This document shows, in pieces, positions 52,789 through 64,000 of a stretch of 64,000 nt of DNA. The DNA is from Selaginella moellendorffii. Lineage: Eukaryota; Plantae; Lycopodiophyta. The stretch covers positions 432,586-496,585 of the forward strand of contig NW_003314320.1 in assembly GCF_000143415.4 (NCBI RefSeq), read 5' to 3'. Position numbers and translations under genes: made by a program. Position 1 is the first letter of the stretch, and each line of letters starts with the position of its first letter. The notes beneath the pieces were generated by a model. The model was given only the letters and a program-made list of their open reading frames with translations, searched no databases and was not told where the DNA came from.

Positions 52789-55562
52789 GTTGAGCAAGTC
52801 GCCATATGGGGTGCCGGTGTTATTTGTGAAAAAGAAAGATGGATCTATGCGCATGTGCATAGACTACCAGTTGCTCAACAAGTATATAAAGAAGAACAAG
52901 TACCCTTTGCCAAGGATTGAGGACCTGTTCGATAGGTTGGGAAAGACAAAATACTTCTCGAGGATTGACCTAAGGTCAGGATACTACCAGATCAGGGTAG
53001 TCGAGGAAGATGTCGAGAAGACAACTTGTCGAACGAGGTATGTGAGCTTTGAGTTTCTGGTGATGCCCTTCGGGCTATGTAATGCGCCGGCAATATTTTC
53101 GGCGCTAATGAACCACATCTTTGTACCCTATCTAGATCACTTCGTGGTTGTCTATATCGACGACATCCTGATCTATAGCGAGATGCTAGAGGAGCATGCC
53201 GAACACTTGGCGAAGGTGTTTGAGAAACTAAGGGAACACAAACTGTATGCTAAAGAGAGCAAATGTGACTTTGCTCAGCAAGAGGTAAAGTTTCTCGGGC
53301 ATGTGGTGGGCCAAGACGGGCTCAAGGTGGACCCAGAGAAGGTCCAAGCAATCCAGGAATGGGAGCGACCATTGAATGTACACGAGTTGAGGGCATTCCT
53401 GGGGCTATGCAACTACTATCGAAAGTTTATCAGACACTATTCGAGAGTAGCCTTGCCCTTAACGGACCAAACAGGAAAAGGGAGGATGGTGTGGACAGCG
53501 GAATGCGAGGCGGCATTCGTCCATCTCAAAGGGAAGTTGAGGAAGGCTCCCATATTGGCATTACTAGACTTTGGTAAGGACTTTGAGGTAGAAACGGATG
53601 CTTCGGACTTTGCGTTGGGCGCAGTTTTGAAGCAAGACAACCATCCGGTAGCGTTCTTCTCGAAGAAGTTGGACAAGGCTCAATGGAAGTGGCCTGTCCA
53701 CAAGAAGGAATTGTTTGCGGTGGTCAAGGCGCTCAAGGAGTGGCGACACTACCTTGGGAGACACTTTAAGGTTTACACGGACAATATGGCAACGAAACAC
53801 TTCTTGTCACAGCCCGACCTGAGAGGGAAACAAGGTCGGTGGGCCAATGCCTTGGCCGAGTTTGATTGCGAGATTCTGTACAAGCCTGGGAAGAGCAACA
53901 TCGTGGTGGATGCGCTAAGTCGAAAAGCGAGCTTGAGGTTGGCAATATCCAGCGCAACAACAACCTTTTGGGACGATGTGCGGACAGCATATGAGAATGA
54001 TGGTCTAGCACAAGAAGTGTTGCTGAGGAATCTAGAGGTGCGGGAAGCTCACCAGAGAGGTGAGCTGCCAACGGAAGAGAAAACGGGCTATGCGGAACGC
54101 AACGGACTTATCTATTACAAGCAAACGAGGGTGTATGTTCCAGAAGGGGAACTAAGGAAGGTGGCCTTAGAAAAGTGTCATGACGGACCTCTTGCGGGAC
54201 ACGGTGGAGTGCCCAAGACGATGGGCTTACTCAAGAGGAAGTACCATTGGCCAGATATGGCTAAGGACGTCCAAGACTATGTAAAGACATGTCCAACATG
54301 TCAGCAGGTAAAAGCCGTGACTAAGGCTAGTGGGGGCTTGTTGCAAAGCATCCCAATTCCAGATCGTCCGTGGAAATGTCTTACGATGGACTTCATCACG
54401 GGACTCCCCCCAAGCGAGGGGTTTGATGCGATATTCGTGGTGGTGGACCGATTTTCGAAAATGGCACATTTCATACCCACCACAACAGAGGTGGATGCGG
54501 AAGGTGTGGCAAAGCTATTCTTCGAACAAGTGGTTCGAGTGCGGGGAAGACTGGAAGAGATCATCTCAGATCGAGATAAGATCTTCACCAGTAGGTTCTG
54601 GAGGACTCTCTTGGAACAGTATCGCACCAAGTTGAAATTCAGCACAGCCTATCACCCACAGACAGGTATGGGGTATTAAGTCAAGTTGTTAGCACTAACA
54701 CTTCTTGATAGATAGACAAACGGAAAGGGTGAATAGGCAGCTGGAGGATTATTTGCGATGCTATGTCTCGGGAGACCAGACCGATTGGGTAAGTCATTTG
54801 GGACTTGCGGAAATGTGTTATAACAACTCACCACATTCGAGTATTAGGGTGATTCCATGGGAAGTCATCAATGGGCGAGCTATTGAAGGTCCTGTGGAAC
54901 TTGGCATGGCCGAGTATCATGGAGAGTTGCCCGCAGTGGAGGCATTCGCGGCGGAAAGACTCAGCATTTGGAATCTAGTGAGGGATTCCTTGGAACGGGC
55001 TCAACAAAGGCAAACCAAATACGCGAACCAGAAGCGTCGGGATGTAGAGTTCCAAGCTGGGGAGAAGGTGTGGCTGAACACAAAGAACCTCAGACTACCA
55101 AGTGGGATCAGCCGAAAGTTGACCCAAAGGTAAAGATGCATGTATTCCTGTAAATGAATTGATCTTGAGTTCCTTAAGCAGGTTCGCGGGCCTTACGAGA
55201 TTGAGGCACGAATCGGTAAAGTAGCTTACCGACTCCGACTTCCTCGAGAGATGGGAAAGATGCACCCAGTGTTCCACGTGAACTTACTCAAGCTGTACTT
55301 TGAGGATTCGCTTCGCAAGGACTAAGTGAGACCTTTACCAGAGGTTATCCAAGGGGAAGAGGAATACGAAGTCGAGGCCATCCTCAATGCGCGCAAGAGC
55401 AAGCGACAAGGACGCGAGGTGAGAGAGTTCCATGTGAAGTGGAAAGGATTTCCACACTGCGAAGCAACATGGGAACCAGAGGAGAACCTAGCGAATGTGC
55501 GAGATCTAGTGGAGGAATTTCTGCAAGGCAGAACTCTATGTACTTATGCAAAGTTCAATTAA
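52769..55562 (+). pseudogene. pol: pol of element C (RT, RNase H, integrase, chromodomain), interrupted by two intron-like inserts
   Basis: [39 protein letters not shown]|DRQTERVN, HPVFHV and chromodomain YEVEAIL..VKWKGFPHCEATWEPEENL. Confidence 0.96.
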
Positions 55563-56482
55563 AAATATCAATTTGCAAAGTTGAGCAAGTGGCATATGTT
55601 AGGACCCGAAGGCATGCCGAAGGTAAACTAATTAGCATAGGTTGGATAGGTCGACCAAGCGTAGGGCACTACGCCCGACTCCCCACGGGGATGTCGAATC
55701 CGTAGACGTATTCTACGGAGGTTGGGTTCGAGTCCCAACCCCCTAATAAAGCAAGGCTGGGTTCAAGTCTCGACCCCATACTAGGGCGTGGTGAGGTGAG
55801 GGGTATAGGGACACCTATATTCCGTTGTCATGGGCTCTTGGCTAGGGAGGCTAACTTAGGCACACCGCTAAGTGGGGGGATGCCCCCGAAGCCATGGTCA
55901 ACAAGTCGTAGGATAAAACGAGACGTTCGATGTGGGCATCGAACTTCTTCTATGGGTGGTGGAGTTGTAAGGAACCAACTCGCCGAGGTGTCGTAGGCTA
56001 AAGGAACCCCAAAAGCATGACCAAAATGACAAAGAGTTCATCGGATGGGACCAAGTCGAAGATCGAGTCCAAGACCGACTCTAGGACCGAGTTCGAGATA
56101 GAGTCCGGAATCGAGTCCGAGACCGACTTGAGGACCGAGTTCGAGTCCGAGTTCGAGACCGAGTTTGAGATGGAGTCCGAGATTTGAAATCGGGTCCGAG
56201 ACCGAGTCCGAGGTCGGGTCCGAGGTCGGGTCCGAGATCAAGTCCAAGATCGAGTCCGAGACCGAATCCGAAGTCGGATCCGAAATCGGGTTCAAGATCG
56301 AGCTAGAGACTAAGTCCAAATACTAATATGGGTCAAGGGGTGAAAGCCCAAAGCATGTGTCTCCCAGGGGGGGGGGGGGGGGGGGGGGACCAAAAGTATA
56401 GTAGGGATAGTGAGGTCCAAGAACTAGTTTAGAAGGGACTCTCCAGTGGGGCTCCCAAACCGACTTGAGGTTGGGACTGGGA

Positions 56483-57513
56483 NNNNNNNNNNNNNNNNNN
56501 NNNNNNNNNNNNNNNNNNNNNNNNNNNNNNNNNNNNNNNNNNNNNNNNNNNNNNNNNNNNNNNNNNNNNNNNNNNNNNNNNNNNNNNNNNNNNNNNNNNN
56601 NNNNNNNNNNNNNNNNNNNNNNNNNNNNNCATGCGGCTCATTGGTCCTCGCCCTTCCTAGGGGCTTGGGCCTTCCTTCAGGATGGAAGTGGGGGGGTAGA
56701 GGTACCCATACCGGGCCGTTAGGCCATGGTGTTCGCCCCGACGTCCCGAAGCAAGTCCTGCACCCAAGACTTGGGATTTAGAGGGTCCTATGATCAAGTC
56801 TTGTGGTACCAAGGGGTTAGGAACCTGGAGGCTTGGTGTGCTTGGTTGCTTGTGCCTGCGGGGAGTGTAGCTGAACCTTAAGTCCAGTCTAACCTAGGGA
56901 GGGGGATTGGGAGAGATTTGGGAATCCATAGATGGATGGCTAACACTCCATTGCTCGTGCAGTGAGTAGCTGAAACCAAGTAGGACCAAGTAGGAGCTGG
57001 TACCATAGGCGGAAACCTTGGCGAGGGAACTTAGCACAAGCCAAAGTAGAGTTGGTTGAATAGACGAGGTAAGTTGGCAAATTGGAAAAGAAAAATTTAT
57101 GGCTTACAACTTGCTTTGGGACATCGGGGTGAAACACCATGGCCTAACGGCCCGGTATGGGTACCTCTACCCCCCCACTTCCATCCCGAAGGGAAGGCCC
57201 AAGCCCCTAGGAAGGGCAAGGACCAATGAGCCATAAGGTACTCAAGTGGGGCACCACTCCACATGAGCTGGGAACACCGCTGTTGGTTTCTCTTTTGGAA
57301 GTGGGAGCTACTTTTAAGCACTTCTCTGGGTGGCCCCTCCGGCACCACCCAAGCCCATACTCACTCCCACCCAAGGCCCCTCGGCCCCAATCTCAACCTC
57401 AAGTCGGTTTGGGNNNNNNNNNNNNNNNNNNNNNNNNNNNNNNNNNNNNNNNNNNNNNNNNNNNNNNNNNNNNNNNNNNNNNNNNNNNNNNNNNNNNNNN
57501 NNNNNNNNNNNNN
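56483..57513. other. Two assembly gaps (N runs 56483-56629 and 57414-57513) inside the inverted LTR pair
   Basis: Runs of N. Confidence 0.99.
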
Positions 57514-60500
57514 GGAGACGCACGCTTTGGGCTTTCACCCCTTGACTCGTATTAGTATTTGGACTTAGTCTCTGGCTCGATCTCGGACCCGATTTCGGAT
57601 CCGACTTCGAACTCAGTCTCGGACTTGATCTCGGACTCGATCTCGGACCCAATCTCGGACTCGCACCTTGGACTCGGTCTCAGACCTGATTTGGATCTCG
57701 GACTCTGTCTCGAACTTGGTCTCGAACTCGGTCTCCGATTCGGCCTCGGACTCGATCCCGGACTCTATCTCGAACTCGGTCTCAGAGTCGGTCTTGGACT
57801 CAATCTTCAACTCAGTCCCATCCGATGAACTCTTTGTCATTTCGGTCATGCTTTCGGGGATCCTTTAGCCTACGACATCTCGGGGAGTCGGTTCCTTACA
57901 ATATGAAGTCTAAACACTAACAAGAAGAATGACATGGAAAATCAAGCTCTAAGGAAAATTCCTTATAACTTAACATAATAATGCCACTTCCACTAACACA
58001 AATGCTAGTGATGTCAATGCCTCAACTACACATCTTCTCTATCCAACATTCTACTCCAAGTGCTAATAGATCAACTGATGAGCTATAGCAAATGAATGCT
58101 ACAACCCTTTTCCAACACCTTATGGGCAAACCCTCAAGGAAACAACATACCAACTCAAGCTTAACACAATGGACCACCATCAAGAATCTAGTCAAAGCTA
58201 CTACAATAATACTATATGTAAGTAGACTAGCTTCACCATCAACTACTTTGGGGTTGATCATTGTTTAACCAAGCAACTTCATAAACACATTGTTCATCAT
58301 CACATGGATATGATATAAAAATCACAATGTCTTGATCATCAATCAAGTAATATCATGAGCAACACCCATATCATTACTTCAAAGGTTTATGTGAGCATTA
58401 AGTGCCAACTCGATTCGACAAAATACAACATAAATGCCACACTCTACCAATAGAAACTTACAACACCTAACACCACTCACAACATGGACAAGCTCATATC
58501 ACTCTTTTTTCGACTAAACTCAAAACTAATCTAACACCAAGTTACTCAATGAGCAATAACAAGGTTCCCCGGAAAAGAATTGAGCATTGCAACCCAACTG
58601 ATCTTGATTTAGTCTTGGTGGCCCTACTCCGTGGCTAAGGATGGTGATGTCCAACTTAGTTGTTTAAGGTTAAAATGTTGGTACCCCTTACTATAGCTTT
58701 GTTTATGAGGAGGTTTTGTACCAATATGAGTCCATCTCATGGTCTTCACTTTAGTTTCGGCTGAGTGTTGATTATGCATAAATAGCCTCTTCAAGAGATG
58801 CTCAGAGCTATTGGTTAAATGTGTTGGTGAGCTTATTGCAGTTGAGTTGGATTCAAGTAGTCATTTAATTCGTGCTCATTCATGAATCTTTATCTTATAC
58901 TTGAAATATTACTTTCATGTTGGACAAGTATATAACTTGATGACAAGAGTTGATGTTTAGGTCTTGTGAAGGTAAGTTGAAGAGTGATTGTTAATTGCAT
59001 TGCAAACTAATGATTATTTGTAAACTTTATCAAGGATTGTTAACACTTGCTTCACTCGATGAAGATTTATCAATGATAAGTTTGCTTTACTGGATAGTGT
59101 TGCGAAGGATCATGTTGTTAAACTTACATAGGTTTTCCATGTTGGCATGTTGACTTTACCTCTATCGATATCATTTAGATATGTTTAGTCTGTAGTGTTG
59201 GATTTCATGGAGTTTTAGATGTGGTGATTTACTCCTTGAGGAAGTGTTATTTGTAACTGAGTTTTGATAAAGGATTGGTCTTGAATACTAAGTAAAGTAT
59301 CTTCAACCTCAGTTAACTTAGTTGATAGGGAGTTTTGAGTGGTGATTCACTTGTGTTTTCTTCTAGTTTTGTTAAAGTGTTGATGGCATTGAAGTTGTCG
59401 TTGACATTGTTGAGATTTGAGTAAAATGAAACGTCTTTATGAAAGATTGATGTCGAGTTTCATTAGTTTAGATGAATATAGTATTAATGATTTGGCTATG
59501 GCTTTGTGTTATTAGTATTCATGCATTTGCTAGTTAGCAATTGTGTTGACGTTCAAATGAACTAAGTGGCAAGTTGAGCTAATTGTGTTTTATATTTAAT
59601 TAGGGTTGAGGTTTGGCTTTTCCTTGAAAAGTGATTTAGTCGTGGATAATACTAACTTTACGAGAAGAAGAGTTAGTAATTGATATTAAAGTGATTGAAT
59701 CCTTGTTAGATTTAGTTGGAATATATCAATCATTAATGATTTCTCTTAGGCTTGTTATGAAGTGAGTTACATCTTGTTATAGATGGATTCATGGAGGATC
59801 GTTTAGTGTTCACTTATTGAGCATAGCTTTATTGCGCTTGGCTTTTGGATTGATACAGATATACTCTTCATTAGCTTTGCATTATGAAGTTTAGCTTATG
59901 GATGTGTTGAGAAGGATATTATGGACTGTGCCATGATTTCTTTTTTAGCATTAAAGTTAGTTCATGCGAAACTTGTGATCATTATTAAGCAAGACTTGGC
60001 TATAGTCTTCTTCAAGCTTTTGGTTCCTTGAGTTTTCATGCTTATGGTCCATTTGTTAGAAGTTGTTGGGGAAGGCATTTTTAGCTCATTAGCTTCAATG
60101 TTGAAGTTAGTATTTGCATCTAGCAATCATTGATAATGATAACTATCATCTTAGGATAGTTGGTTGTTCTCATTAAAAAATATTTGTTTAGTTGTTATTA
60201 ATGTAAAATAATATGCCATTCTTTGGGATGGTGGATTCTTTCTTTAATGATGATTATGCATCACTCTTTTAATAGGAGGATTGATGATCTTCTATGATAG
60301 TTAGTTATGCTATTTGATGGCTTGTGGCTTTTCCCAATACTACATGTACTTTGTGGTTTGCTCTGGATTGGTCTCTTGGGTTTGAGATATCAGTAGGATG
60401 TTATTGACACTTGCTTGCGCAACTTTGGTTCCTTAGTATTATTGACTAGAATCTATTCCGATTGACTAGTGTGATAGTTGGCATGAACAAGTGTTTGTTA

Positions 60501-63500
60501 GTCTTACCGCATTCATTTAGTTTTGTTAATTGTTCCTCAAGTTAGATCTGATAGATTTGGATGTTATTTCCTTCGGGTGATACATTCGCGAGCATTCTAC
60601 TTGCTAGTCGATGATACTTTGTGTTCTTTGAATTATCTTTTGTAAGTTGTTTAACATACTATCTATAATCTTTGGTAGTTAAGTTTTATCATTGAGTTTA
60701 ATCTTTGAGTTTAGGCCAGTATAGGCAGATTGGCTTCGGCACTTCATGTGCATGATGAAATCTCTAGTCATGGGGTAGCTACTGTCGACTGGTCATATCA
60801 CCCACCTTTCTGTCGATGTTCCTTATTCCGTTAAAAGGGCATGACTGTGTAAACAACTCTAATTGCCTGTTTATAGTAGTCTATCTAAACCTCACCGACA
60901 GGTTTGGTTTGTTTGCTCAGAAGGGTTGGGGCCTCTAGCTTCTCTCTCTATGTCTCTACAGGCAGGAGCGTATCACACTTTTGTAAGTTGGGTGACAACC
61001 AAAGCAGCAAAAGTGGCTAACTCTATTGGTCATTTCCTTGTCGGCAACGGCCGGAAGGTGTCTGAGTGGGTAGTGCATCCGTTTTAGACAAAGAGGTTAC
61101 CCTAACTTGTTTAAGTTGCTGCATTTTTCACATCGTGTGAATACCGTAAACTTTTTCTAGAGTTGTTTCCTTGGAGGTATTCTAGACTGGAGTATGCATT
61201 GATGAGGACGTCGATCTTCCCTAGGGGGGGAGAGTATCGCAAATGTGACTTCGGGTATTGAAAGTTACCTATCGACCAGTCCTTACGAACACTCTTTCCT
61301 TATTGCCACGATGGCAAGAGGTCGGTATTGCTGGTTCCCTTTATCAGCCCCTCTTGTTCAAGTGTTAGTTTATTAAGTTTAGCACCTATAGAACTAATTT
61401 GAGGCATAATTTAGCTCCTGCTTGCGTGTCTATCCTTGTTTTTCATTTGGCTTGGGTCTAAGCCCAAGTTCCACACCATGCTACCTGGTGGAGTACTCAT
61501 GTCCTTGCGTTAGAACACAGGTATGCTGAAATAATGCTAGATTCCGTTTGGCTCTATTTTGTGTATTGGTCCTGGCATTGGGATGTTGAATACTCTAGAA
61601 CTGTTCCAAGTTGATCCGTGCCTCTGTCCCTTCGCTCCTTGGGCTATACGCTTGGGAGTTGCTTTGTGGTCCGGTTCCTTTGCTCCTTAGCTTCATGCTT
61701 GGGAGTTTGGCACCGTTCCTTCGTACAATGGCCTAAGGCCTTGAAACTCAGGTTCCACACCACTGTCCTTTGGACACGTGGCATGTGTCACGTGGCATAT
61801 GACACATAGCATATGGAGGGTTTAGGTTTTTCTTCGTAGTGTTATCCTATAGTAAATCACCATAGGATAAAGGGTCAAAACCACATGTGTTATATTGCAC
61901 CACTTAATGAAGGAACAAATCTAAACTCTTGAGCTTCCAGCCAAATAATGAAAGAACCGAAGCATAGAGTGACTCTTGAATATTCAATTCAAGGAATGAA
62001 GGGATAGAAGTATGGAGTGAGTTGGAATAGTCCTAGAGTTTTGGGCATGGCTTTCACCCTTAGTCACTTGGAGTTAGTCTCTGGGATTAACTTGAATTTT
62101 TTTAAATATGGAATGGTTTTAAATTGCAAATTTAGATAGGGAATTAATAAGATAATTTCTACATTCCATAGATATGCCAAATTAACAAATCTAGACACTT
62201 TCCATAAATAGCAATTGAGATTAAATGGAACTAACATAAAGTGCATGGTAATAAGAGTGTTATAGCGGATACAGTAAACTATCATTTAGCAAATATTGAG
62301 GGACCAAGCTCAATATTATAAAAGTTCCCAACACTAGCAAGTGCAAGCCACTATATAAATTTCTCATATTGGGTTGAGTATGCCCAACAAGAAACATATA
62401 AGAGTTTCTACTTTGTTTATCTGGCATATATATGATGACCAATTTTTCAACTAACTTAACTGGAGACTGAAAGGGTTTAGCAATATTGATGTCGTGCCAT
62501 CATGGTAGTAAAGAAAGAATATCCAAAAGAACTTGTCGATAGGTAATTTTACCTACAGTCACATTTACGACAAATTGCCAGTAGTGTTGGAAGTGGTTTT
62601 GAATCATGCTCTCTATGGACATTAAAGTTCCTACCATAAGTATATTTCTCTATAAATGTCGAAATTCATACTATTAGTATAATTCCTTACTACAAATCTT
62701 TGTTATTGAAGTCTATCCTTCCAAGTTTTTAAAAAGACATAGAGGAAGAGAAGGAAGATGGCATTCCATCTAATTTTAGTGACTTAAACTTTAGTTTAAG
62801 TGTTTATATTAATAATGTTACTTTCCCAGAGCTTTGGCCATTTTCTAGTTATATGTTTCTAGACCTTTTGTCATTCTTTGCAATTAAGAGGATTTAGTAG
62901 TCCGGCCACATTTGGCACCTAGATGCATCTGAAGATCCTTAAGACTAAGATCACTACTTATGCTATTTTAGAATTTTGAAGTCAACACTTTATAAATACG
63001 TATCTTAACAATCTAAATTGGAGAGGTGTATATTACAAGGTACCACCCAAAAAGGTACTTTATTATATCTGTAATAACAATGCCATAAATCATGGTGGCA
63101 CAAATTAGGTGGATCTAATTATCGAACTAAAGGATATTAGTTTAACCAATGCAAAATTTAGGAGGTTTGAGCTAATTATAACTCAGCCAGACTACAACAA
63201 ATGCACTTGAATAATAGATTCATAAGAAAAAAGAGGCTTATACACTATATAGCAACAATATCAAACATCTCCTTGTTATTTATGCTCTCTATACCAATGC
63301 AATTGCAAAACTTATGTTTCAACCACTACATTTATGAAAGAATTTTGATGTCTTTTTGTGCATTTAACTCAAGTGTCATGATGGCATATTGTAGAATAAC
63401 AACACTACAATAAGTGAAGTTAAAGCTATTTTGGGTGTTTAACTAAATAGTATTAGTGGTGTCAAGCCACTAGTATTAATGCTTGAGTAGTTAATATATA

Positions 63501-64000
63501 AAGATCAACTCAATTTTCAATAGCAAAATGTTTAATTGATTTACCCTAAGTTGTTAAATAATTCCATAGGAGTAAGTGGAGTGGAATTTCTTCCCTTTGG
63601 AAAGGCATGTCATGGTCTTTAATGCCTTTACTATCACTATTATACACTAACACTCATAAATTGAAAAATGAAAGTAAGGTTTATATGTGTTAACACTTTT
63701 TACCAATCATATGGCTAAGTGTTATTACCTTTGGTGAAAATGATCTTGCTATAACTTTTTAATATGGTTTATCCTCACCATCACCTTAGTCTTCGCTTTA
63801 GTGATGTTTATATTTTTTTGTTTTAAAAAAGTTTCTTCTATTGGTGGAAAAATGTTCTTCCCTTTATTCACAAAGTCATCTTCGTTAATGATCTCATTTT
63901 GGTTTAATTCTTATGCAATTACCCTTGGGAGAAATGGGCTTATCACTAAAGAGTCATTATTTGTAGTAAAAAATGTTTGTAATATCTAAATTACAAGGAC

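Larger units (their letters stand above)
49991..57108 (+). mobile_element. Ty3/gypsy chromovirus-type element C: 5' LTR 49991-51137, PBS 51141-51153, 3' LTR 55966-57108
   Basis: TGTAAGG..GGCTTACA LTRs, PBS TGGTATCGGAGCC, purine-rich GGGTGGTGGAG before the 3' LTR, and perfect TSD ACTTG at 49986-49990 / 57109-57113. Confidence 0.97.
49632..57900 (-). mobile_element. Solo LTR (family C'), split into 49632-49990 and 57109-57900 by element C
   Basis: Reverse complement of the C LTR, continuous across the insertion; perfect TSD ATATG at 49627-49631 / 57901-57905. Confidence 0.92.
45141..61894 (+). mobile_element. LTR retrotransposon A: 5' LTR 45141-46287, PBS 46290-46300, decayed interior, PPT 61223-61234, 3' LTR 61235-61894
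   Basis: Homologous LTRs, PBS TGGTATTAGAG (tRNA-Met-like), PPT AGGGGGGGAGAG, and perfect TSD TTGCA at 45136-45140 / 61895-61899. Confidence 0.88.
44981..62572 (-). mobile_element. Old solo LTR (family A'), split into 44981-45140 and 61895-62572 by later insertions
   Basis: Both pieces are reverse complements of LTR A and join continuously. TG..CA ends; near-TSD GATTG (44976-44980) / AATTG (62573-62577). Confidence 0.8.

Noticed and set aside
55720-55775. tRNA gene
   Set aside because: Only T-arm-like hairpins; no acceptor, D or anticodon arms are recognisable.
58075-58095. CTGATGAGCTATAGCAAA as a hammerhead ribozyme core (retrozyme)
   Set aside because: Lacks the GAAA core and closing stems, is single-copy and lies outside the LTRs.
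62580-64000. Possible decayed DNA-transposon (hAT-like) sequence on the minus strand
   Set aside because: Only vague similarity, with no TIRs or convincing motif; needs a profile search.

Overview
Eukaryotic land-plant nuclear DNA. The very compact genes and ~45-60 nt introns suggest a Selaginella-like lycophyte (inference). Bases 1-44 kb are gene-dense: PDS5, pT-type plasma-membrane H+-ATPase, SpoU/TrmH methyltransferase, two nsLTPs, a DEAD-box-like helicase, a PIF-type bHLH, an RFC small-subunit-like gene, MRC/PII1, CAO, ALKBH10B-like, NLP, AGT1/SGAT and DRM1/ARP. Decayed Ty3/gypsy remnants lie at ~12.5-18.2 kb. Bases 45-62.6 kb are a nest of five LTR insertions resolved by target-site duplications (TSDs). 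Twice, a full-length element sits antisense inside a solo LTR of its own family. The most striking feature is in the youngest element, a chromodomain-bearing Ty3/gypsy: two host-sized GT-AG introns interrupt conserved integrase motifs, and a strongly base-paired region with tRNA T-arm-like hairpins lies between pol and the PPT. Coordinates of spliced genes give the span from start to stop codon and were read by eye.
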